A stretch of 64,000 nucleotides of DNA, from contig CAYJDW010000004.1 in assembly GCA_964368985.1 (NCBI GenBank), forward strand, positions 3,046 through 67,045, written 5' to 3'. How positions within the stretch are numbered: position 1 is the stretch's first letter; each line of letters starts with the position of its first letter. The notes below the pieces were generated by a model, which saw nothing but the letters and a program-made list of their open reading frames with translations, had not been told where the DNA came from and did no database searches. Shown in pieces: positions 1 through 10,550 of the stretch. Source of the stretch: an uncultured Myxococcales bacterium (lineage in GTDB: Bacteria > Myxococcota > UBA727 > JABDBI01). The translations under genes were made by a program, and so were the position numbers.

Positions 1-458
1 ACTACACTTATTTTTTGGCAGCTTAGCTCGTAAATAAAGGCTTCTTCAATGGTTGTTAAGTGATAGAAAAATGCCACGTGGGGTCTGAAATTTTTATACT
101 GAAATTCACTTAACTTTTCTGCCCAAGCACAGTCAGGTTGGTTATGGCACAGATTTCTTAACTGAATATAAGGCAGCTTGATAAGCGGTTCATTACTAAA
201 TCGCTCGGACAATACCGAATATTGTGCGCGGTCTGAAATTTTCTTGAAATCAATAGCTGAAATAGTGGCTCGAGCGGGAACGCTCAGGGCAAAAATACCC
301 GTCTCTATCTCTTGAAGCAGGTTTTTATATATTTGACATGATGTCTCCACTTGTGAGGAAATTAATGAATCAATACCCAGGCCTTTTTGATCGGTAGTAC
401 TGGTAGTGATCCACTCAATAGTGGAGGGCAAAGTATCTATGGTTTTTTTCGTAGACAT
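1..458 (-). CDS. hypothetical protein, N-terminal part (3' end runs off the window)
   Basis: Open frame from ATG (reverse complement of 456-458) to the window edge, reading MSTKKTIDTLPSTIEWITTSTTDQKGLG... It is absent from the ORF track because no stop lies in the window. No recognisable motif. Confidence 0.4.
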   Translation of the reverse strand, partial: MSTKKTIDTLPSTIEWITTSTTDQKGLGIDSLISSQVETSCQIYKNLLQEIETGIFALSVPARATISAIDFKKISDRAQYSVLSERFSNEPLIKLPYIQLRNLCHNQPDCAWAEKLSEFQYKNFRPHVAFFYHLTTIEEAFIYELSCQKISV

Positions 459-559
459 GAGAGAAATATAGCATAGTGAAATCTGCTGAAATGATTAGAA
501 ATGCATTATATAAAAAAGCTCTTGTTATCGCGTTATTTGGGGGATTAATTGTCATCTTC

Positions 560-2890
560 TCAAAGAGAAGCTTGCCCCATCCAATACTCAATCCTCGCCA
601 AAGCATCATTAACGGAAATAATAATCGCCGCCTGATTGGTAGTATTAAGTATGTTTAAGTAGCTTTCTTTAGCCTGAAGATAGTTTTTTAATTGATAATG
701 TGTTTGCGCTAACATTAACGTGGTTTCTTCCATTAAAGAACTCGGGAGTAAACTGTTAGATGCCATAAGCTCATTAATAATCATCAACGCTAACGCATAA
801 TTTTTATCTCTCATAAGCATGCGCGCATAGAGATAAGACCCAGTATAATAAGCTTGATTCTTAGTGCTACTATTTTGTCCTATATTCACGCCCAAGATAG
901 CGGCTTTGGACACGATTTCATCCGCTTTAGCAAAAGTAAAGCCAAGGATAGCCTGGGATTGTGCATTGAGATTTTTGTCGGCGAGCAGCAGTTTGGCAAT
1001 CGACAGGGCTCTTTTGACCGGCTTTGTGAGATAATTGGCATCAATACTATTGAGGGTTTCTAAGGCCAAAGCCGCTTGATTTTGGTGAATCAGGCAATCG
1101 CTGAGATTAAGCTTCAAGTTATTGAGGCGAGGATCATGGGCAGGCAACATGTCTTCTAAAACTCTCATTATTTCAGCTGCAAGCTCATAACGCGGCTTTT
1201 CTAGAAGGCTTTCTTGGGCTGCAAAAAGTAAAGATATTTGTGCATCTTTGGGCAAGGTGGCGATGCTTGCCAGTGCCGAGGTGTGGTTATCGTTCTGCAA
1301 GTTGCGGCTGAATGCGGCTTTTTCGCGGCGATATTTGTCCTTGCAATTATTGCCTAAGATACTGTGGCCTAAGAAATTTCTTTGGGCCCATAAAATAGCG
1401 TAGCCCTGCACCGGGTGTGACATTTTTTTATTAAATTCTAGAAAGGCCGTATCTCGATCTGCTGGCGTGGCAAAGAGGCTATCAATAGTGCCATGCTCAA
1501 TTAGGCTTTTAAGACGCTCGGTTTTTTCCGGCGCGAGAGGATTGTTCAACACAAATTCCAAAAAAGCACCGGCAAAAATATAGGAAGAGCGCGGGTGGGT
1601 TAAGGCAAAGGCCGTGGGGTTTATGCTAAAGAGTTTCGCTAAATCGACACTGGCACCGGCTTGGTGGATAGCCTGCGCTTGCTCGAGCATGGTTAAATCA
1701 TTTTCTATGGCCAGTTCTGGCGTCAGGTACATGGCGAGGCCTTCAGTAAGCGCCATGTTGGGGATAATGCCGAAACGCCCCGGCACTCCGAAGAGAGTGT
1801 TCGCATATTCTCCCACGTAGATATGGGCGAGCTCATGACCAAGAACTGAGTGTGGCACACGCATTTCAGAGATATGAATTTCTCGGTGCGCAGGGAGCGC
1901 GAAATGAACATTTGCGGCTCCGGTATAAGCAAGTTTCAACTCATCGCTGGGATGGAGCCAAATAGTGATAGGTGTGGCAAGGCGGGGAGGGAGAATATTT
2001 TTTATGCGACCTTGGTAAAATAAGGCTTCATCAAGTAAATCCTTCGCTTGTTGTTCAGATACTAATTGCGGATCAGCCCGTACGGTGATGCCATTTTTTG
2101 ACAATGCCAAGGAATAATCATTTTTAAGATCGGCATGGTTTTTGCCGATACTTTTTAGGCTTTGCCAGTGGATTACGCTCGCCGAGATCAGCAAAAGCAA
2201 AATCAACATTGAGTTTGCAATAGGCGATTTGATCACGTTTTTAAATAAATTATTGCGGGCGGAAGTTTGAAAGGTCATGCCAAAGAGAATGAAAGCCGCC
2301 GCAAATAAAAGTGTCGCAATGCGGAAAGCCACCATCCCTAAAGATAATGCGCTGCCTGTTAAAAGGTCAGTGCTCAGCATGATGGATGCATGCGATAATA
2401 TACGAAAAGTCGTCTCTTGCCACCAAGAAAATAATATCCATGAAAAATAGGCAGCATAGCCCACCAAAAATACGGTTATACGCAGCCAATAGGGCCTAAT
2501 TATGGTGGCAATAAGAGAGCCGATAGCGATATTTAGAATGATGGGCGGAACGAGGCTAATAAAAAAAGGAATGAAGCCCGCGCCTGGACTACAGCTGTCG
2601 CTGAAAATACCGTTGTAACAGAGCAACAAGGTGAAAAAAGTTAGCGTCGCGATGGCCCATAAAGATTGGTGGATAAAAACGTGACGAAAGTTGACGATAC
2701 CTTTAGCGGTTTTATGTAAGACGCTTGCCAAACATAAGACGGGCGCGAAAAAGAGGACAAATAAATTGGCCGCTTCAAAACCCACCGTGCTTACCAAGGG
2801 CATGTGGTTGGTGAAAAGAAAGTGGAGCAGCACGAGGATAAAAATTATCCCGTGCACAAATAGGAAATTCACCTTTGGCCATTGAAACAC
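560..2890 (-). CDS. polytopic membrane protein fused to an HEXXH (gluzincin-like) metallopeptidase domain and a TPR-like helical C-terminus
   Basis: 776-aa ORF. The N-terminal ~240 aa are strongly hydrophobic (multiple TM helices). It carries GHELAHIYVGE...ALTEGLAMY (HEXXH plus a downstream Glu). The C-terminal third has TPR-like amphipathic repeats. Confidence 0.7.
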   Translation of the reverse strand: MFQWPKVNFLFVHGIIFILVLLHFLFTNHMPLVSTVGFEAANLFVLFFAPVLCLASVLHKTAKGIVNFRHVFIHQSLWAIATLTFFTLLLCYNGIFSDSCSPGAGFIPFFISLVPPIILNIAIGSLIATIIRPYWLRITVFLVGYAAYFSWILFSWWQETTFRILSHASIMLSTDLLTGSALSLGMVAFRIATLLFAAAFILFGMTFQTSARNNLFKNVIKSPIANSMLILLLLISASVIHWQSLKSIGKNHADLKNDYSLALSKNGITVRADPQLVSEQQAKDLLDEALFYQGRIKNILPPRLATPITIWLHPSDELKLAYTGAANVHFALPAHREIHISEMRVPHSVLGHELAHIYVGEYANTLFGVPGRFGIIPNMALTEGLAMYLTPELAIENDLTMLEQAQAIHQAGASVDLAKLFSINPTAFALTHPRSSYIFAGAFLEFVLNNPLAPEKTERLKSLIEHGTIDSLFATPADRDTAFLEFNKKMSHPVQGYAILWAQRNFLGHSILGNNCKDKYRREKAAFSRNLQNDNHTSALASIATLPKDAQISLLFAAQESLLEKPRYELAAEIMRVLEDMLPAHDPRLNNLKLNLSDCLIHQNQAALALETLNSIDANYLTKPVKRALSIAKLLLADKNLNAQSQAILGFTFAKADEIVSKAAILGVNIGQNSSTKNQAYYTGSYLYARMLMRDKNYALALMIINELMASNSLLPSSLMEETTLMLAQTHYQLKNYLQAKESYLNILNTTNQAAIIISVNDALARIEYWMGQASL

Positions 2891-2922
2891 GGGCTTTTAC
2901 CTCGAGAAAACAAGCTTGCTTG

Positions 2923-4488
2923 CTAACGTTTTTTATTTTTTTTGCGAGCTTGCTTTTGTTGTTTACGTTTGTCTTTCTTTTGTTTGACGACCACTTTCGG
3001 CATGGCTGTCATGGTGGGCATGGCGCCTGGCGGCGGCATCATGCCCATCCCTCCTGCGCCAAATAAATCCATGGGATTTTTACCAGGGGATTGGCCATAA
3101 TTTTTGGCAATTTCTCCCATCCGACCCATGTTTTTAAACATAGGAAGTTGCGCCATGGCCTTAGGATTTTTGCCCATCATTTGCATCATCTGGCGCATCA
3201 TCATGAAGCGCTCGATTAGGGCCTCGAGATCCGCGAGTTTATGACCGCTGCCCTTGGCCACTCGTTCGCGCCGGCGCTTAACCTTGACCAATAATTCCGG
3301 GAAATTCCTTTCATCCTTGGTCATCGAGAAAATCATCGATTCAAATTTGGTGAACTCGCGCTCGTCTATTTTAGCGCCACCGCTGAGCATTTCCTGCATA
3401 CCGGGCAATCGCTCGATAATCGATTGGAAGGAACCGAGCTTTCGCATCATACCGAGCTGTTTAATGAAATCGTTGAAAGAAAATGATCCGCGCATGAGAC
3501 GCTTTACATCTTCTTCGGCCTCTTTCTCGTCGACGTGTTTCTCAAAATCTTTTACCAAGGAAACCACATCGCCCATGCCTAAAATGCGGCTAGCCAAACC
3601 TTGGGGGCGGAAAGGCTCAAGACTATTTAAATCCTCACCCATACCCAAAAATTTGATGGGCTTTTTAGTAATTTCCTTGATGGAAATAGCCGCACCACCG
3701 CGAGCGTCACCGTCGAGCTTGGTGAGAACAAAGCCGCTGATATCAAGACGATTATTAAACTGTGAGGCAGTAGTGACGGCATCTTGTCCAATCATGGCAT
3801 CGATAACGAGGAAAATGTGCTGGGGCTTGACCAACGCCTTAATGTCGTCGAGTTCGGCCATTAATTTGTCATCAATTGCCAAACGACCTGCGGTATCGAA
3901 AATAACCACATCGCATTTGAGCTCTTTGGCTTTTTTGAGACCTTCGCGGCAAATATCTTGTGCCGAGGCATTTTCGATGTGAAAGACCGCAACGCCGAGG
4001 CGCTCCCCCAAAACTTGCAGCTGATGAGCAGCACCGGGGCGGTAAATATCGGCGGCGACCAAAAGTACTTTCTTTTTCTTTTCTTCTTTGAGTAGGCGCG
4101 CAAGCTTCGCGCTGGTGGTCGTTTTACCACTTCCCTGCAAACCCACCATCATGAAGGTTGAGATAGGCTGTGCGAAGCTAAGTTCTTCGCATTCTGGCCC
4201 CATCAGCGCTTCAAGTTCTTCGTAGCAAATCCCAATAAAATGTTCGCTCGGGGAAAGCTTATGGGTTTGGCCTTTTTTATCTTTAACGGCTGTTTTTACC
4301 TGGGCGCCAAGGCTGCGCTCTTTCACCCGGTTAATAAAAGCTTTAACGACCGAATATTCAACATCGGCTTCGAGCAAAGACAAGCGCACTTCTTGCAAAG
4401 CGCTGGCTATATTATCTTCATTGATGGTGGTTTCTTTTCTGAGCAGGCTTTTGGCCGCACTAAAACCTTTAGAAATTGTTTCAAGCAT
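2923..4488 (-). CDS. ffh: signal recognition particle protein Ffh
   Basis: GLQGSGKTTTSAKLA P-loop, DTAGR and TKLDGD GTPase motifs, and a Met-rich M domain. The ATG at 4488 (MLETISKGF...) is preferred over the upstream TTG at 4509. The C-terminus has a Lys-rich tail. Confidence 0.95.
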   Translation of the reverse strand: MLETISKGFSAAKSLLRKETTINEDNIASALQEVRLSLLEADVEYSVVKAFINRVKERSLGAQVKTAVKDKKGQTHKLSPSEHFIGICYEELEALMGPECEELSFAQPISTFMMVGLQGSGKTTTSAKLARLLKEEKKKKVLLVAADIYRPGAAHQLQVLGERLGVAVFHIENASAQDICREGLKKAKELKCDVVIFDTAGRLAIDDKLMAELDDIKALVKPQHIFLVIDAMIGQDAVTTASQFNNRLDISGFVLTKLDGDARGGAAISIKEITKKPIKFLGMGEDLNSLEPFRPQGLASRILGMGDVVSLVKDFEKHVDEKEAEEDVKRLMRGSFSFNDFIKQLGMMRKLGSFQSIIERLPGMQEMLSGGAKIDEREFTKFESMIFSMTKDERNFPELLVKVKRRRERVAKGSGHKLADLEALIERFMMMRQMMQMMGKNPKAMAQLPMFKNMGRMGEIAKNYGQSPGKNPMDLFGAGGMGMMPPPGAMPTMTAMPKVVVKQKKDKRKQQKQARKKNKKR

Positions 4489-4747
4489 GCACGCAGGCTC
4501 CCGCGCCAATAGAATTAAAAGAAGTGAGTTGCGCGGTCACGCTAGTGGAAACTTCGTTCTTATTCAAGCGGGCAAGAATTTGTCTCAATAAAACAATCGA
4601 ATAGCTTATTAGAGCGCCTTTCAATGCTATAAATTCGCCTTTCAAATCAACAACCGATAGGATTAACAAATGTTGGCTGCTCAATCATTTCTTTGATTTG
4701 AGTGAGTTTTGATTTTTTTTCCACCCCCAGGGTGAGCGGGTATACTA

Positions 4748-5077
4748 GTGACGAAGAGTGAGTTGATTGACGATATTGCCTTACAGACACCCGAAATTCA
4801 ACGGCGTGATGTGGAGCTCGTAGTCAATACCATTTTACAAACCATGACTGATGCCTTATCCGAAGGGCAGCGCATTGAAATTCGCGGCTTTGGATCCTTT
4901 GTGCCGAAGCTCAGACGCTCTCGGGCTGCTCGCAATCCGCGAACAGGTGCAGAAGTGAAGGTGCCGGAAAAATATGTGCCGTTTTTTACCGTCGGTAAAG
5001 AACTAAGGGAACGCATTAACCAGGAGCCGACGAGAGAAAGTCTTTACGGTAAAGATAAATCTCCTTGGCGCGAATAA
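4748..5077 (+). CDS. ihfB: integration host factor subunit beta (HU/IHF family)
   Basis: MTKSELIDDIA...RIEIRGFGSF...RNPRTGAEVKVPEKYVPFFTVGKELRERIN lines up closely with E. coli IHF-beta. GTG start. Confidence 0.85.
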   Translation: MTKSELIDDIALQTPEIQRRDVELVVNTILQTMTDALSEGQRIEIRGFGSFVPKLRRSRAARNPRTGAEVKVPEKYVPFFTVGKELRERINQEPTRESLYGKDKSPWRE

Positions 5078-5087
5078 AGAACTACTC

Positions 5088-5819
5088 GTGAAAAATGCAG
5101 CTTTAATTGTCATCGGCGATGAAATTCTTACTGGCAAGGTCAAAGATGAAAATAGCTTTGTCTTCGCCTCAACCATGTTTGAACGTGGTGTTAGAGTGGA
5201 GCGGATTGAAGTTATCCCCGACAAAATCGACACCATCGCAGATTCGGTGAGAAACTTCAGTACGAGATTTGATTATGTCTGCACTTCAGGGGGCGTCGGT
5301 CCCACCCATGATGATCGGACCCTTGAAGGCATTGCGCAGGCATTTTCACTGCCTCTGGTGGAATATGAAGAGGCCTTTCGCTATTTTAAGAACGCCCAAG
5401 AAAAAGCCGGCCGCGGGCCCAATGTAAGTGATGCCCAAAGAAAAATGCTCGCCTTTCCCGAGAATTCTCAATTATATTTTGTCGAGCCCCTGTGGTTGCC
5501 TCTCGTGCAATGCAAAAATGTTTATATTTTTCCAGGGGTGCCCTTTTTATTTAATCGGCTCATGGCAAGTTTTTCCCCTTTATTTAAGGGCGGCAAATTC
5601 TTTCGTGAAACGATTTTCACCAATAAATCGGAAAGCAAAATTGCCCACGATCTAAGCCTCGTGCAAGCGAAATTCGATGGCGTGAATATTGGCTCCTACC
5701 CACAAATGCCCGGCAAAGGTTTTAACGTGATGGTCACCATTGAAGGTGAGGATCATGAACAAGTAGCGACGGTGACGGAGCTTTTGTTACCGGTGATTGA
5801 GGGCAGAAGGGAAGTTTAG
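5088..5819 (+). CDS. MoCF-binding (MoaB/Mog/CinA N-terminal type) domain protein
   Basis: AALIVIGDEILTGKVKDEN...TSGGVGPTHDDRT is the typical CinA/molybdopterin-binding domain signature. 243 aa. Confidence 0.6.
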   Translation: MKNAALIVIGDEILTGKVKDENSFVFASTMFERGVRVERIEVIPDKIDTIADSVRNFSTRFDYVCTSGGVGPTHDDRTLEGIAQAFSLPLVEYEEAFRYFKNAQEKAGRGPNVSDAQRKMLAFPENSQLYFVEPLWLPLVQCKNVYIFPGVPFLFNRLMASFSPLFKGGKFFRETIFTNKSESKIAHDLSLVQAKFDGVNIGSYPQMPGKGFNVMVTIEGEDHEQVATVTELLLPVIEGRREV

Positions 5820-5860
5820 GCTAGGTTAAAAGGTTTCTTTAGCCTTCCGATTTGGCGCCA

Positions 5861-6003
5861 CAACTCCTCTCCCGCTTGCGGGAGAGGCTAGGGAGAGGGT
5901 GGAGAGCTATAAACCCACGATTTTGTCGACGATAATTTCCTTCGTATGCGTTTCTCCACCCTCTCCCCAGCCCTCTCCCGCAAGCGGGCGAGGGGGTTGT
6001 AGT
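5861..6003. repeat. MITE-like palindromic element, family I, copy 1
   Basis: ~45-nt terminal inverted repeats (aactcctctcccgcttgcgggagaggctagggagagggtggagag ... ctccaccctctccccagccctctcccgcaagcgggcgaggg). A second copy lies at 56238-56392. Confidence 0.85.
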
Positions 6004-6025
6004 GCTTAAAAGCCGCGACCTAATT

Positions 6026-6697
6026 CTAGTAATAATCATGCTCAATATCAGCCACTTCCTCATCGCTTCGTTTGATCGACGAAATTAAACCCGAATTTCT
6101 TCGTGTTCTGCCCGCACTTTGCTTAAAAAGTGGGCCCGATTCTGTCTCATCGCACTGAAGGCACTTATTAAGCGAACCATCCGGCAAATTGCTCGCTTCG
6201 TTGATTAAAAAAGAACCCATACAAGTCCAGAAGCATTTTTTTGCCGTGTTGCGAGCATTATAAAACCACGTGTGGGCGCAGGGCTCACTAAAGCCAATTT
6301 TCTTAAAACAAAGAATGCTCGCGGACTTGAGCCAGGAGAGCATGGCGCATTTTTTACCTGGCTTGGTGAGATCAGGCTTTTCTAAATAGACAGCGAGATC
6401 CTGCAGCGAAGAACAAGTACCACAAGGGCCAAAATGGGTTATTATTGCGTTATCACGTTTGGCTGCATCTTTATTTAGGTAACTTTTTGTCTCATAAGAT
6501 TTTTTATTTTCTTTGTATAAAATAGCGCATACTGAGGTCTGGCTAGTTGCTGGGCTAGGCGTGTTTAAATATGGGTCGGGGCCAGCTTTCGGCGGATTTA
6601 AATGTGTTTTTTGCCGAAATAAAGCGGCGCTTTCTTGCAAGCCAGCTTTACTGAGCAAAAGGTTTGCGAAAAACAATATTGTGAAAAATAGTTTCAT
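6026..6697 (-). CDS. secreted cysteine-rich protein of unknown function
   Basis: 223-aa ORF with an N-terminal signal peptide (MKLFFTILFFANLLLSKAG) and 13 Cys residues. No recognised family. Confidence 0.6.
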   Translation of the reverse strand: MKLFFTILFFANLLLSKAGLQESAALFRQKTHLNPPKAGPDPYLNTPSPATSQTSVCAILYKENKKSYETKSYLNKDAAKRDNAIITHFGPCGTCSSLQDLAVYLEKPDLTKPGKKCAMLSWLKSASILCFKKIGFSEPCAHTWFYNARNTAKKCFWTCMGSFLINEASNLPDGSLNKCLQCDETESGPLFKQSAGRTRRNSGLISSIKRSDEEVADIEHDYY

Positions 6698-6824
6698 GAG
6701 ATGTTTTTAGCACTAAAATGCTTCAGATAAACGAGGTGCCCAAATAAAATTATCAAGTCCCCAAAAAATGGTCATTGCCTTAGGCGGCACGCGCGCATAA
6801 AAGATGCCTTAAACCGAGGCTATT

Positions 6825-8963
6825 ATGAAAAATCACGAACATTCGGATGCATTACTTCGATGGCAAAGATTAGCTGAGCGTGAACTTGAAGACGCGAGCC
6901 TGGAAAGCATCCATAAAAAGACTTTGGAAAACATTGATTTAAAGCCAGTTTATAGTGCCGCCGATTTGCCCGAAGGGCTCGATTCTTTGCCCGGGCTTTT
7001 TCCCTATACTCGCGGCATACGGGCGAGCATGTACACCCATCGCCCTTGGACGATTCGGCAATATGCCGGTTTTTCCAGTGCGCGGGCGTCCAATGCTTTT
7101 TATCGGAATGGTTTAAAGAAAGGTCAAAAGGGTTTGTCGGTTGCTTTTGATCTGCCCACGCATCGTGGCTATGATTCCGATGAGCCCCTGGTGGCGGCTG
7201 ATGTTGGCATGGCGGGCGTAGCCATCGATTCAGTATTGGACATGCATGAGCTTTTTGACGGCATTGATTTATCTAGTGTCAGCGTGTCGATGACTATGAA
7301 CGGGGCTGTATTACCGGTGTTGGCGGCTTTTATTGTTGCTGCTGAAGAAAATGGTTGCCCGCGGGAAAAAATTTCAGGCACCATTCAAAACGATATTCTT
7401 AAAGAGTTTTTAGTACGCAATACCTTCATTTATCCGCCTGAGCCGTCCATGCGCATCGTGGCGGACGTGATTGAATATTGCACCAATCAAATGCCGAAGT
7501 TTAATTCTATCAGTATCAGCGGTTATCACATCCACGAGGCCGGCGCGGATTTAGCGCTCGAGTTGGGCCTGACCCTTGCTGATGGTATTGAATATGTAAA
7601 AACCGCCTGTGCTCGCGGTATCCCGATAGACAAGTTTGCCCCGCGCCTATCGTTTTTCTTTGCCACCGGCATGAACTTTTTCATGGAAATCGCAAAACTT
7701 CGAGCGGCCCGCCAGCTCTGGGCCACCACCATGAAAGAGCTCGGTGCTAAAGACGAAAAATCATGGCTTTTAAGAACTCATTGCCAAACCTCAGGCTGGA
7801 GTCTTGCGGCCAAAGATCCTCTCAACAATGTGGTGCGCACCACCATTGAAGCGATGGCAGCCGTTTTAGGAGGTACCCAGTCCCTTCATACTAACTCTTA
7901 TGACGAAGCTATTTCTCTGCCCACCGCCACTTCTTCGCGCATTGCCCGCAATACTCAGCTAATTTTGCAACACGAAAGCCGCATCACCGATGTGGTGGAT
8001 CCTTTGGGTGGATCTTATTATGTCGAGCGTTTGACGCAAGATCTGGTTCTTGGTGCCTCCCACATTATGAACGAGATCGCCAAAGTCGGTGGCATGACGA
8101 AGGCGCTCATTTCAGGCCTCCCTGCGCGCTGGATTGAAGAAGCTTCGCTGAAGCGCCAAGCATTGATCGACAGTCAGCAAGAAGTGTTGGTGGGCGTTAA
8201 TAAATATCAATTGGAAAAAGAAGAGCCGGTGGAAATATTATCTATTGATAACCACCAAGTGATCAAAGAACAAAAAGAAAAGCTCGCTGTGCTCAGACAG
8301 AATCGTAATCAGGCCCAATGCGAAGGGGCGCTTTTGGCTCTACAAAAAGGGGCAGCGGGCCAGGCAAATCTCTTGGAGCTCACTATCGATGCCATGCGCA
8401 AACGAGCTACTTTAGGAGAGGTTTCCCATGCGCTCGAAAAAGTATTTAAGCGCTTTGAAGCGCCGGTTTCAACCTCTTCGGGAGTCTATAAAAACGTGTA
8501 TGCCAATGATCAAGAAATGGCTGAACTGATCGCCGAAGTAAAAAACTTCGCCCAAAAAGAAGGGCGTCAGCCTCGTATGCTCGTTGCTAAACTTGGTCAG
8601 GATGGCCATGACCGGGGGGCGAAAGTGATTGCCAGTGCTTTTGCCGACCTTGGCTTTGATGTTGATCTATCGCCACTTTTTCAAAGCCCCAAAAGCATAG
8701 CGCAGCAAGCGGTGGATAACGACGTGCATGTGATTGGTGTGAGCACGCTAGCAGCGGGTCACAACACCCTTATTCCTGAGTTAATGCGAGAACTAAAACG
8801 ACTCGAAGCTTTGGATATTTTAGTGGTAGTTGGGGGCGTGGTGCCCGAGCAGGATCACGCCAAACTGAAAAGTTTGGGGGTTTTGGATATTTTTGGCCCC
8901 GGCACCAGCGTGATGGTGGCGGCCCGTCGGGTGCTTCAACGCTTAGGCGGAGTAAAATCGTGA
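6825..8963 (+). CDS. scpA: methylmalonyl-CoA mutase, single-chain (catalytic barrel plus C-terminal B12-binding domain)
   Basis: 712 aa. [21 protein letters not shown] and the C-terminal B12 motif [13 protein letters not shown] (DxHxxG). Followed by meaB. Confidence 0.9.
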   Translation: MKNHEHSDALLRWQRLAERELEDASLESIHKKTLENIDLKPVYSAADLPEGLDSLPGLFPYTRGIRASMYTHRPWTIRQYAGFSSARASNAFYRNGLKKGQKGLSVAFDLPTHRGYDSDEPLVAADVGMAGVAIDSVLDMHELFDGIDLSSVSVSMTMNGAVLPVLAAFIVAAEENGCPREKISGTIQNDILKEFLVRNTFIYPPEPSMRIVADVIEYCTNQMPKFNSISISGYHIHEAGADLALELGLTLADGIEYVKTACARGIPIDKFAPRLSFFFATGMNFFMEIAKLRAARQLWATTMKELGAKDEKSWLLRTHCQTSGWSLAAKDPLNNVVRTTIEAMAAVLGGTQSLHTNSYDEAISLPTATSSRIARNTQLILQHESRITDVVDPLGGSYYVERLTQDLVLGASHIMNEIAKVGGMTKALISGLPARWIEEASLKRQALIDSQQEVLVGVNKYQLEKEEPVEILSIDNHQVIKEQKEKLAVLRQNRNQAQCEGALLALQKGAAGQANLLELTIDAMRKRATLGEVSHALEKVFKRFEAPVSTSSGVYKNVYANDQEMAELIAEVKNFAQKEGRQPRMLVAKLGQDGHDRGAKVIASAFADLGFDVDLSPLFQSPKSIAQQAVDNDVHVIGVSTLAAGHNTLIPELMRELKRLEALDILVVVGGVVPEQDHAKLKSLGVLDIFGPGTSVMVAARRVLQRLGGVKS

Positions 8964-9901
8964 AGGCGGCTCAATTAGCAGCGGGATTTCTCGCCGGTGA
9001 CCGACGAGCACTCTCCCAGGCCATTACCTTGATTGAATCAGATCTCGAGAGCGATCAGGTGCAAGCTATCAAGCTGCTCGACACCCTCAAAAAGCCCGGG
9101 CTAACTCTTCGTATTGCCATTTCAGGACCGCCTGGAGTGGGCAAAAGTACGCTCATTAATCTTTTGGGACAAAAGCTGTGCGAACAAAAATATCAGGTGG
9201 CGATTTTACCTATCGACCCCGCCAGTGAAATTCACGGCGGCAGCATATTGGCCGACAAAACCCGCATGGGTACTTTGTTAAGCGACGAGCGCGTCTACAT
9301 TCGCCCCTCCTCTTCGAGAGCAGTCTTAGGTGGCGTGACGGTGGCCGCTCACGATGTTATTTTTGCAGTGGAATCTTTTGGTTTTAACGCCGTTATTATT
9401 GAGACAGTTGGAGTGGGGCAATCAGAAAGTATTGCCTATTCTTTGAGCGATCATTTTGTTCTCTTAGTGCAACCAGGCGCCGGCGATCAGCTCCAGGCAC
9501 TGAAAAAAGGTATTCTTGAGCGGGCGGATTATATCGTGGTGAATAAATGGGACGAGGCCCAAAAATCCTTAGCAGAAAGTAGTTTCAATGGACTAAAAGC
9601 AAGTCTTCACACGCCGCTTTTTTTGGTCAGCGCTCTTGAAGATCAAGGCGTTGATGAGCTGCTCGTCGCCATCGTTAAAGCGCATCAAGAAAAAGTTGAA
9701 AGTGGTGCCCTGAGCACAAGTCGAGCGCAACGCTTGCAGGGCTTTTTTCGCTTTGCCTTTGAGCAACGCTTAATGGCCAAACTCTATAAACGAAATGATA
9801 TCGCGCAGCAATGTCAGGATATGACGCTTAAGATGGTGGAGGAGCATGGGGCCTTAGCGCCGTGCATCGATGGGTTGGTTGATCAAATTATTAAGGATTA
9901 G
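8960..9901 (+). CDS. meaB: methylmalonyl-CoA mutase-associated GTPase MeaB/ArgK
   Basis: [10 protein letters not shown]-loop, ETVGVGQSE and VVNKWD motifs. The GTG start overlaps the mutase stop (GTGA). Confidence 0.9.
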   Translation: MKAAQLAAGFLAGDRRALSQAITLIESDLESDQVQAIKLLDTLKKPGLTLRIAISGPPGVGKSTLINLLGQKLCEQKYQVAILPIDPASEIHGGSILADKTRMGTLLSDERVYIRPSSSRAVLGGVTVAAHDVIFAVESFGFNAVIIETVGVGQSESIAYSLSDHFVLLVQPGAGDQLQALKKGILERADYIVVNKWDEAQKSLAESSFNGLKASLHTPLFLVSALEDQGVDELLVAIVKAHQEKVESGALSTSRAQRLQGFFRFAFEQRLMAKLYKRNDIAQQCQDMTLKMVEEHGALAPCIDGLVDQIIKD

Positions 9902-10550
9902 CCACGGTTCCCGGACTATTAGGCAGAAATACCAACAAGTCATTGCTCTCACAACGAAGGTGAGCCTCATCACTGGTGATTTTATTGAGCGTACCAATGC
10001 GGTCATGCAGCGATAATAGTTCGTTATGAAGGGGATATTGCACGCCAGTTGTCGTGATGGGTCCAACCTGCAAAGCCAGGGGAAATAAGGAAAAAAAGCT
10101 GTCACGATGATTTAAAATCTGCACGTTTTTCTGAGCAGGACATATAAAGGCTATTTGCTGATCGTCGACAAAAACCATATTTATACGTGCTGCATATTTT
10201 TTGAGTACGTAAATATTGGTGAGAAAGTGGTCGGCTCTTAAACCAAAAGCACCCATTACCAGCAGGTTCCTAAGACCATCATCGAGAGCATGGACGATGG
10301 CTTTTTCAAAATCGTTGCTATTTTGATCCGGCACATGTTTTTGTTGGCAGGGAGGACTTTGGTTAATAAAACTATCTAAATCGCCGATGATAAGTTTAGG
10401 CATAAAGCCATTTTCAATGGCCCAAAAAGCGGCCCCATCGACAGCCACCAGGGCACGCGCATTGGCTCGATGGGTGTCAACAAGAGCTAAGCTCGGCTTG
10501 GCGCCATCAAGCAAAACTAAATCAAAGCTTTGGGGCTGAAAGGGAAACAT
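9891..10550 (-). CDS. thiN: thiamine pyrophosphokinase
   Basis: IIGDLDS, DQNSNDFEKA, GLRADHFLTNI and a GVQYPL thiamine-binding-domain pattern, as in B. subtilis ThiN. Its 3' end overlaps meaB by 11 nt, convergently. Confidence 0.7.
   Translation of the reverse strand: MFPFQPQSFDLVLLDGAKPSLALVDTHRANARALVAVDGAAFWAIENGFMPKLIIGDLDSFINQSPPCQQKHVPDQNSNDFEKAIVHALDDGLRNLLVMGAFGLRADHFLTNIYVLKKYAARINMVFVDDQQIAFICPAQKNVQILNHRDSFFSLFPLALQVGPITTTGVQYPLHNELLSLHDRIGTLNKITSDEAHLRCESNDLLVFLPNSPGTVANP

Noticed and set aside
3254-3982. A 242-aa ORF antisense to ffh.
   Set aside because: It lies antisense within a highly conserved gene, and its composition (S/R/L-rich) is typical of a shadow frame.
4738-4750. 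A TATACT box 5 nt before the ihfB GTG start, which would suggest a leaderless mRNA.
   Set aside because: A single hexamer with no convincing -35 element. A GGTGAG Shine-Dalgarno-like sequence upstream offers a conventional alternative.
5839-6063. A 74-aa ORF on the minus strand.
   Set aside because: It is a read-through translation of the family I palindromic element (PSPACGRGLGRG-type low complexity).
6698-6824. A possible cobalamin riboswitch upstream of the B12-dependent mutase.
   Set aside because: The spacer is only ~127 nt and I could not see a B12-box-like conserved core. This would need an Infernal scan (RF00174) to exclude formally.
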